Shown piece after piece: positions 57,036 to 64,000 of a DNA stretch of 64,000 bases (positions within the stretch are counted from its first letter, which is position 1; every line of letters starts with the position of its first letter). The translations under genes were made by a program, and so were the position numbers. The notes below the pieces were generated by a model, which was not told the origin of the DNA, did not search any database, and was given only the letters and a program-made list of their open reading frames with translations. Location of the stretch: positions 1 to 64,000 of the forward strand of contig JBEKDF010000013.1 in assembly GCA_050014495.1 (NCBI GenBank). Reading direction: 5' to 3'. This stretch comes from Candidatus Bathyarchaeia archaeon (lineage in GTDB: Archaea; Thermoproteota; Bathyarchaeia; TCS64).

Positions 57036-57425
57036 GAGTACTCACACAACATTAGTACAGGATTCAGCGATAATAGATGGTTTAGATTCAGCATAAAGGT
57101 AAGTATATACCCTCGCCAAATCTGTACATACCATCCCCTACGCTTCAAAAGAAAGAGATTTAAACGTATCGTTAAAAAGGGATGCTTGCCTTTTAAAGAT
57201 ATTCAACTGAAAAGACAAAGTATCAAACTCGGGTCATTATTTGCATATATTTGTCCGTAATTTTTGGGATTTTTTTTGACAAAATCGCTTTTATAAGTCG
57301 CTTTTATCGGTTAACCTAAGTAAATCTGATAATTATAATAATTAAAATAAATATAGAATATATACGGAGGAAAATATGGATAGCAATATATACCGGATGG
57401 CTGGAGTTTATGGGAGGCGCGAAAA

Positions 57426-58775
57426 TTGGATAAGTATATTGAGAGCGTCTATAACGGCATCGTTGAGAAGGACCCCCTCCAGAAGGAGTTCCACCAGGCC
57501 GCATACGAAGTTCTGACTACAATCGAGCCCGCGATCAAGAAGTTCCCTCAGTACAAGGAGAACAAGATTCTTGAGCGATTCGTCGAGCCCGAGAGGTTGG
57601 TTCAGTTCCGTGTTCCCTGGAAGGATAAGAATGGAGAGATCCAGATCAACCGCGGCTATAGGATTCAGTTCAACTCTGCTATCGGTCCATACAAGGGTGG
57701 CTTCAGGTTCCACCCAACTGTGAATCTCAGCATTCTAAAGTTCCTGGGACTTGAGCAGATTTTAAAGAACAGCCTTACAACCCTCCCGATGGGTGGCGCG
57801 AAGGGTGGTTCTGATTTCGATCCAAAGGGCAAGACTGATGCTGAGGTCGAGAGCTTCTGCACTAGCTTCATGCTTGAGATCTTCAGGCATATTGGCCAGT
57901 TCACGGACGTCCCCGCCGGCGACATCGGTGTGGGTGGACGAGAGATCGGCTACATGTATGGCGCATACCGTAAGATCACCAACCAGCACGGTGTTGGTGT
58001 TCTCACCGGCAAGGGTATTCCCTTCGGTGGCAGCCTCATCAGGCCAGAGGCCACTGGCTATGGTGCAGCCTACTTTACCGAGGAGATGCTGAAGACCAAG
58101 AAGGACTCCTTCAAGGACAAGGATGTCCTCATCAGCGGCTCGGGCAACGTCGCCCAGTACGCTGCCGATAAGGTCATGCAGCTCGGAGGAAAGGTAGTCA
58201 CCCTCAGCGACTCGGACGGTACGATCTACATGCCTAAAGGTCTCACAAAGGAGCAGTGGGACTTCATGATGGAGCTGAAGAACGTCAAGAGGGGCAGGAT
58301 CAGCGAGATGGCTGAGAAGTTCAAGGGCATTGAATACAAGAAGGGCGCGAAACCATGGGGTTACAAGGGCCATGTTGCCATTCCCTGTGCAACTCAGAAC
58401 GAGTTAATTGGCAAAGAGGCTGAGAAGCTCGTTGCCGACGGTATCCTCGCCGTCACTGAGGGCGCTAACATGCCTTGCGACTTGAAGGCCATCGAGATCT
58501 TCCAGAAGGCGAAGGTCCTGTATGCACCCGGCAAGGCGAGCAACGCAGGCGGCGTAGCCACGAGTGGCCTCGAGATGTCTCAGAACAGCCAACGCTACTT
58601 CTGGACTCGCGAGGAGGTTGACGAGAAGCTTCACGCAATCATGGTGGGCATCCACAAGAACGCATACGACACCGCGAAGCTCTTCGGTCAGCCCGGAAAC
58701 TACGTAGTTGGTGCAAATATCGCAGGCTTCCTTAAGGTTGCCGATGCGATGATTGCCCAGGGCCTCTACGCTTAA
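57426..58775 (+). CDS. gdhA: Glutamate dehydrogenase, NADP-specific type
   Basis: GPYKGG.RFHP, GGAKGGSDFDP, DVPAGDIGVG, RPEATGYG, GSGNVA. Confidence 0.96.
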   Translation: MDKYIESVYNGIVEKDPLQKEFHQAAYEVLTTIEPAIKKFPQYKENKILERFVEPERLVQFRVPWKDKNGEIQINRGYRIQFNSAIGPYKGGFRFHPTVNLSILKFLGLEQILKNSLTTLPMGGAKGGSDFDPKGKTDAEVESFCTSFMLEIFRHIGQFTDVPAGDIGVGGREIGYMYGAYRKITNQHGVGVLTGKGIPFGGSLIRPEATGYGAAYFTEEMLKTKKDSFKDKDVLISGSGNVAQYAADKVMQLGGKVVTLSDSDGTIYMPKGLTKEQWDFMMELKNVKRGRISEMAEKFKGIEYKKGAKPWGYKGHVAIPCATQNELIGKEAEKLVADGILAVTEGANMPCDLKAIEIFQKAKVLYAPGKASNAGGVATSGLEMSQNSQRYFWTREEVDEKLHAIMVGIHKNAYDTAKLFGQPGNYVVGANIAGFLKVADAMIAQGLYA

Positions 58776-58777
58776 AC

Positions 58778-58805
58778 TCTTTATTTTATTTCTTTTTATT
58801 TCTTC
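58778..58805 (+). terminator. T-rich archaeal terminator-like tract after gdhA
   Basis: TCTTTATTTTATTTCTTTTTATTTC directly after the stop. Confidence 0.5.
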
Positions 58806-58930
58806 AATACTTCAATCATTTTCCTTGCATCGGTTTTTCCCTTTAATCAATATTGTCAGTTAGGGTTGTCAATGTAATTACAACATGTACAGGTTTTTAT
58901 AGTATTAACCCACAATACTGTGATCCCTTC

Positions 58931-59749
58931 ATGTACGGTATAGTGCGGAAGGAGAAGCTTACGTCAAACATCAAGCTATTTGATGTCACCGCACCAGCGG
59001 TTGCCGCTAAATCGAGGCCGGGTCAATTCGTGATTCTGCGCATTCATGAACGTGGGGAGAGATTTCCTATAACGATAGCGGACGCCAACCCCAAAAAAGG
59101 CACGGTAACCATCATCTTCGCAGAGGTGGGTAAATCCTCAACCCAGCTCGGGAAGCTCGAGATAGGGGACTCAATACTGAACTTCTCGGGACCCCTAGGG
59201 AACGCGACCAAAATACAGGAATACGGTGATATCCTCTGCGTGGGCGGGGGCGTGATGGCGGGTGCCCTACTGTACCAAGAGAAGGCATTAAAAAAAGCAG
59301 GAAATCGAATAACCACGATCCTGGGGGCGAGAAGCAAGGATCACATCATCCTCGAAAAGGAGCTACGGAAGATTAGCGACGAATTTCACATAGCCACAGA
59401 CGACGGATCAGAGGGCCACGAAGGCATAGCCTTCTTAGCAGAGATGTTGAAGGAGAAGAAATTCTCCCACGCGATCACAATCGGACCGACGAGCATGCAG
59501 ATGATAGTCTCCGAGATGACCAGACCCTACAAAATACCAACGACGGTGAACCTGTTCCCCATAATGGTGGACGGAACGGGAATGTGTGGAGCCTGCCGTG
59601 TAACAGTTGGAGGAGAGACACGCTTCGCCTGCGTCAATGGCCCCGACTTCGATGGCCATCAGGTAAACTACGACGAACTCATCAGCCGCATGAGGTTCTA
59701 CAACCCCAACGAGAAGATTGCTATGGTCCTATTCGATGGAGGTGACTGA
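58931..59749 (+). CDS. nfnA: NfnA/SudB-like FAD/2Fe-2S subunit
   Basis: PGQFVILR, GERFPITI, GPLGN, MVDGTGMCGACR, CVNGPDF. Confidence 0.9.
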   Translation: MYGIVRKEKLTSNIKLFDVTAPAVAAKSRPGQFVILRIHERGERFPITIADANPKKGTVTIIFAEVGKSSTQLGKLEIGDSILNFSGPLGNATKIQEYGDILCVGGGVMAGALLYQEKALKKAGNRITTILGARSKDHIILEKELRKISDEFHIATDDGSEGHEGIAFLAEMLKEKKFSHAITIGPTSMQMIVSEMTRPYKIPTTVNLFPIMVDGTGMCGACRVTVGGETRFACVNGPDFDGHQVNYDELISRMRFYNPNEKIAMVLFDGGD

Positions 59750-59750
59750 T

Positions 59751-61154
59751 TTGGCGCACCGGAAACCACAGGCCGAGATGCCAAAGCAGGCAGTTGAGCA
59801 AAGGATACATAATTTCGACGAGGTGGCACTAGGTTACATAGAGGAGTTAGCCCTAATGGAGGCGGGAAGGTGCCTCAACTGCCCTAAGCCCCAGTGCAAG
59901 AAGGGGTGCCCAGTTGAGGTACCAATCCCCGAGTTCATACAACTCATCAAGGATCATAAATTTCTGGAAGCGGCTAAGAAGCTCAAGGAGAAGAATGCAC
60001 TGCCAGCTGTTTGTGGTAGGGTCTGCCCACAAGAGGAGCAGTGCCAGAAGTTCTGCGTCCTGGGGGTCAGAGGAGACCCCGTGGGCATAGGACGTCTCGA
60101 GAGGTACGCCTCAGACTGGGAAAGGCTGAACGCGAAACTAGAGTCCCAGACTACTCTACAGATAAGCGGAAAGGTTGCTGTCGTAGGCTCCGGTCCAGCT
60201 GGTTTGACAGTAGCAGCGGATCTAGCAAAGATGGGACACAAGGTCACAATCTTCGAGTCTCTACACACCGCGGGGGGTGTGCTGATGTATGGGATACCGC
60301 AGTTTAGGCTCCCGAAGGAAATAGTCCAGATGGAGGTCGAGTACGTGAAAAGCTTAGGGGTTGAGCTCCGTCTTGACTCCACAGTGGGACTTCTATCCAC
60401 GATACAGGAACTAATGAATGATGGCTACGATGCAGTCTTCATAGGCTCGGGAGCGGGGTTACCCAACTTCCTCCATGTCCCCGGGGAGAACCTCAAGGGC
60501 ATATATTCAGCTAACGAGTTCCTGATACGTACGAACCTCATGAAGGCATACAAATTCCCCGAATATGATACGCCAATTCGTGTGGGGAAGAATGTAGGGG
60601 TCGTGGGGGCTGGCAACGTCGCTATGGACTCTGCACGCTGCGCCCTGAGGTTGGGAGCTGAGAGAGTTCACATAATATACCGTAGGAGTAGGGAGGAGAT
60701 GCCTGCAAGAGCAGAGGAGGCAGAGAATGCTGAGGAAGAGGGCATTGAGTTCAACCTCCTCACTAACCCCGTCCGCTTCATAGGAAACGAACGTGGCTTC
60801 CTGGAGAAGGTAGAGTGTGTGAAACAGCGTCTAAGCGAACCTGATCAGTCTGGGAGGCGCCGACCGGAACCCATCGAGGGAAGCAACTACACTATCGACA
60901 TCGACACTGCGGTCATAGCCATCGGGCAGTCACCCAACCCAATAATCCAGCAAACGACCGCTGGCCTCCAGATAACACGCCATGGGACAATCGTCGTCAA
61001 CGAGGATACGATGCAGACCGCCATTCCGGGAGTCTATGCAGGAGGCGATGTGGTCAGCGGTGCAGCGACCGTCATAAGTGCTATGGGGGCAGGCAAAAAG
61101 GCCGCTAAGGCGATACACGAATACATAATTACTAAGGCCTTGAATGGAGGTTAG
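59751..61154 (+). CDS. nfnB: NfnB/SudA-like (GltD-family) subunit
   Basis: RCLNCPKPQC..CP, GRVCPQEEQC, GSGPAG, GAGNVAMD, YRRS; GGAGGTGA SD before the TTG. Confidence 0.92.
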   Translation: MAHRKPQAEMPKQAVEQRIHNFDEVALGYIEELALMEAGRCLNCPKPQCKKGCPVEVPIPEFIQLIKDHKFLEAAKKLKEKNALPAVCGRVCPQEEQCQKFCVLGVRGDPVGIGRLERYASDWERLNAKLESQTTLQISGKVAVVGSGPAGLTVAADLAKMGHKVTIFESLHTAGGVLMYGIPQFRLPKEIVQMEVEYVKSLGVELRLDSTVGLLSTIQELMNDGYDAVFIGSGAGLPNFLHVPGENLKGIYSANEFLIRTNLMKAYKFPEYDTPIRVGKNVGVVGAGNVAMDSARCALRLGAERVHIIYRRSREEMPARAEEAENAEEEGIEFNLLTNPVRFIGNERGFLEKVECVKQRLSEPDQSGRRRPEPIEGSNYTIDIDTAVIAIGQSPNPIIQQTTAGLQITRHGTIVVNEDTMQTAIPGVYAGGDVVSGAATVISAMGAGKKAAKAIHEYIITKALNGG

Positions 61155-61235
61155 ACCTCACCTTTTTGTAAAGTTACACTATTTTGAAGGGTTGATAACT
61201 TAAATATTTAGTATCTTTATTAGTAGTGATCACGA

Positions 61236-61472
61236 ATGGAAAAAGCCCTGATTCTGCTAAAGATAGAGTGCCTCGGGGAGGACTGCATTGAGGAGGTATT
61301 GAATAGGGTCAAGCAGAGGTCTGAGGTTAAGGAGGCGGGTATGACCTTCGGTGAGTTTGATGTATATCTCATCGCCGAGGTTTCAAAGTCTCTAGAGATG
61401 ACTAAACTCGTGATGGAGCTCCGAGGCTACCCATCGGTCGTCTCTACGACAACACTTCTAATCGTCGGCTAA
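61236..61472 (+). CDS. Stand-alone Lrp/AsnC ligand-binding (RAM) domain protein
   Basis: KALILL..FGEFDV..ELRGYPSVVSTTTL; no HTH. Confidence 0.8.
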   Translation: MEKALILLKIECLGEDCIEEVLNRVKQRSEVKEAGMTFGEFDVYLIAEVSKSLEMTKLVMELRGYPSVVSTTTLLIVG

Positions 61473-61517
61473 ACTCTACTTTTTAGACTAAAACCCCTTT
61501 TAAATTCCTCTTTAAAT

Positions 61518-61862
61518 CTAGAAGAACCTCAGGAATGGCCCAAGGTTTTTCTCGCAAATTGGGCAGATACTCGGTGCCTGGCCTTTGATCAAATTTTCAA
61601 CTGTCGATTTTATACTATGTTCATCTATCTCAAGTAACTTCGCGTTCTCAGGTGGTTTATCAAATCGTCTAGCACACCATAATAGTATACGATCTCCACC
61701 TGACACCGTAACTTCGCAAACAATCGATATACCCTGGGATAGGATGTAGAATATGTGCCTCTCGGGGATCGGCATAACATTGGTCATATAGTCGACATAG
61801 TTTTCCGCTTGGAACGACTCGAAACGAGCCTCGTGCCTAGTGTAGTACACGATTTCGGCCAT
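61518..61862 (-). CDS. Hypothetical protein with C-terminal CPIC
   Basis: 114-aa ORF with TTTATAAA TATA box upstream. Confidence 0.6.
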   Translation of the reverse strand: MAEIVYYTRHEARFESFQAENYVDYMTNVMPIPERHIFYILSQGISIVCEVTVSGGDRILLWCARRFDKPPENAKLLEIDEHSIKSTVENLIKGQAPSICPICEKNLGPFLRFF

Positions 61863-61942
61863 GTCAAGTGCTCAATACATATTTTATAAATGTTTATAAT
61901 AAGTCTTGAATTCGAGTGAATAAAGCCGTTTTGGAGTAGGGG

Positions 61943-62176
61943 CTACACCTGTGGGATCACGTTGCAGGATATAGTGGATTTAATGCCCTCGGTCTCTCGA
62001 ATCTTCATCACTGCTGCACGCATTTCCTCGCGTGTGTTCGCCTTAATCATTACGAAGAGGTCGAAAGGTCCATAGAGCAAGTGAGATGTCACTACACATG
62101 GTATCTTGCGGATCTTATCTTGAGTCTCAGACTTGAATGATGGCGCTAGCACCACAAGGATTAGTGCCTGTTCCAT
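61943..62176 (-). CDS. Stand-alone RAM domain protein
   Basis: MEQALIL..YGPFDL..IRETEGIKSTIS. Confidence 0.82.
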   Translation of the reverse strand: MEQALILVVLAPSFKSETQDKIRKIPCVVTSHLLYGPFDLFVMIKANTREEMRAAVMKIRETEGIKSTISCNVIPQV

Positions 62177-62356
62177 TACAATCATAGAGGTAATCAACCA
62201 CATGTGATTTAAATTTATCCAACTAACTGGAATAAAGGAAAAACTAGTTTTTTATCCGATATTTGGCTTTGAAATACAAACATAAAAAGAAATAAACAGA
62301 TAATTATAGAATTTATCCTCTGAACAAGCATTTATATTAATTAAATTATTTATTCT

Positions 62357-62593
62357 ATGATCCGAATGCAAAGGGCACTGATCTTAGTGAAGTCGAAGTC
62401 CCAAGCCGATACGAACCTATTTAACAAGATAAAGGTATACCCAGGAGTCACGGAGGCGAACATGATCTACGGACCCTACGACATTTACACGCTTTATGAG
62501 GACACAAGCACTTTGGGAATAAAGAAGATGGTAATGGATATAAGGAACCTTCCCGGCGTCGTTTCAACGATGACCTGCCTCATATCCGATTAG
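62357..62593 (+). CDS. Stand-alone RAM domain protein
   Basis: RALILV..YGPYDI..IRNLPGVVSTMTC. Confidence 0.85.
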   Translation: MIRMQRALILVKSKSQADTNLFNKIKVYPGVTEANMIYGPYDIYTLYEDTSTLGIKKMVMDIRNLPGVVSTMTCLISD

Positions 62594-62607
62594 GTTATTA
62601 TAAATAA

Positions 62608-64000
62608 TTAGTCGTGGGTTAGTGCCTGAGTCTTCTTATTCGAGTCGTTCAGTTTCCTGATGCGTTCTGTAAAGTCGTTGAACATGGTTACCAGCCAAGT
62701 TGGCATACACGCACTCGTGAAGATCGTCTCGAGACGCTCCCCACCGACCCCGAGGACGTCGAGAGTCTTCTTCATTACGTCGACCCTATCCATGGCCTCG
62801 AGGTTACCCGTTAGGTAGTTGCACTGCGTTGGTAGGCACCCGCTTATTATTACTCCATCAGCTCCGTTTCGGAAGGCTGCGAGGACGTGCAAGGCGTCTA
62901 TCCTCCCTGTGCATGGGACCCGAATTATCCTTATGTTATCGGGGTACTCCATTCCCATGTTGCCCGCAGCGTCCGCTGCAGCATAACTGCACCACTGACA
63001 AGCGAAGGCGACGATCACTGGCTCGTCCTTTTTCTCCTCGCTCAGCCACTTTGGGGTGAGGATCGCCTTGATCTTGGGAACGAGCTGGTCGTCCTTGTAA
63101 TGGCGTAGCTGCATGGCGGATACAGGGCAGACCGCGCTGCATATCCCACAGCCCTCGCAGGCTGCCTCTATTACTTTTGGCTCCCCGAAAGCGCTCCACT
63201 CGATGGCGCTGAAGGGACAGATGCTCGCGCATGCGCCGCATCCGACGCATTTCTCCTCATCTACCCAGGCCTTGGCGAGGTCGATCTCCATCTCCCCGCG
63301 CATGAGCATCGAGGCGACACGCCCCGTGGCTCCCAGAGCCTGTGTGACGCTCTCTTGGATGTCTTTGGGTCCTTGCGCCGTGCCGGCTATGAAGATGCCT
63401 TCAATGGCTGTGTCTAAGGGCTCCAGTTTCGGGCCTCGCTCCGCAAAGAAGCCGTCCGTTGAGATGGCGATGCCAATCTTCTGGGCTAATTCTAGCGCTC
63501 CCTCGGATGGTTCCAAGCCTGTGGAGAGGACAAGCAGATCAACGTAGAGTGGAACAATCTCACCAAACTCGTCCTCGACGTCGACGTGGATAGAGCCGTC
63601 GGGCATTGTGGTCACATCCTTCACTTCCCCCCTTAGGAAGCGTACACCAAGGTTCTGCGCCCGGTAGTAGTAGTCTTCGTAGTGCTTCCCAGTGAGTCGA
63701 ATGTCCTTATGAATTATCGCTAAACCCGCTTCGGGGTACCTCTCCATGATCTCTGTCGCGTGCTTCACCGCGATTCCGCAGCAGATCTTACTGCAATACT
63801 CATGGGTCTTTGGGTCACGTGAGCCTACGCACTGGATCATAGCGATGCGCTTCGGCTCCTGCCCATCACTTGGGCGGATGATCCGCCCCCTCGTGGGTCC
63901 GGACTGGTCGAGTATCCTTGCTAGCTGGAGTTGGGTGATGATGTTCGGGTTCTCCCCATAGCTGTGCATCCCCTTCGGATCGAAAGTCTCGAAGCCCGAG
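62608..64000 (-). CDS. hdrA: Second HdrA-MvhD fusion; 5' part lies outside the window
   Basis: CVGSRD..YCSKICC, GPKDI, two ferredoxin motifs, intact MvhD cysteines (ACQWCSY, VPCTGR, SGC..QCNY). Confidence 0.92.
   Translation of the reverse strand, partial: SGFETFDPKGMHSYGENPNIITQLQLARILDQSGPTRGRIIRPSDGQEPKRIAMIQCVGSRDPKTHEYCSKICCGIAVKHATEIMERYPEAGLAIIHKDIRLTGKHYEDYYYRAQNLGVRFLRGEVKDVTTMPDGSIHVDVEDEFGEIVPLYVDLLVLSTGLEPSEGALELAQKIGIAISTDGFFAERGPKLEPLDTAIEGIFIAGTAQGPKDIQESVTQALGATGRVASMLMRGEMEIDLAKAWVDEEKCVGCGACASICPFSAIEWSAFGEPKVIEAACEGCGICSAVCPVSAMQLRHYKDDQLVPKIKAILTPKWLSEEKKDEPVIVAFACQWCSYAAADAAGNMGMEYPDNIRIIRVPCTGRIDALHVLAAFRNGADGVIISGCLPTQCNYLTGNLEAMDRVDVMKKTLDVLGVGGERLETIFTSACMPTWLVTMFNDFTERIRKLNDSNKKTQALTHD

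Noticed and set aside
57762..58373. Long antisense ORFs (here and over ggt, hdrA, echA, ABC permease)
   Set aside because: Shadows of codon-biased genes on the opposite strand; no motifs.
59751..61154. Calling this glutamate synthase because it is near gdhA
   Set aside because: No large subunit; pairing with an NfnA/SudB gene indicates Nfn/Sud.

Overview
Archaeal DNA, most consistent with Bathyarchaeia. This is inferred from gene content (pyrrolysine-free MtmB homologues, Ech, HdrABC, Lrp variants, frequent TTG/GTG starts), not from a database search. Layout: (1) 0-16.2 kb, a mosaic accessory region with a corrinoid methyltransferase cluster, an ABC exporter, an MFS transporter and small modules. 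(2) 16.2-27.5 kb, amino-acid/peptide metabolism genes. (3) 27.5-37.25 kb, an AT-rich ~9.7 kb integrated plasmid/virus-like element. It has two tyrosine recombinases, an AAA+ helicase followed by an inverted iteron origin, and a P-loop ATPase, and it is inserted into the 3' end of a YkgJ-family gene with reconstructable att sites. (4) 37.3-42.05 kb, an older cargo island at the same site. (5) 42.1-64 kb, core-type genes including echABC(D-GltD fusion)EF, hdrCBA, gdhA, nfnAB and a second hdrA-mvhD. Main observations: alternating (GC)n tracts sit at nearly every module junction of both accessory regions, suggesting an undescribed cassette/recombination signal; the nested integration site can be read directly from the sequence; and an Ech subunit is fused to an NADPH-type flavoprotein. 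No tRNA, rRNA or CRISPR array was recognised. All family calls come from motif recognition by eye.
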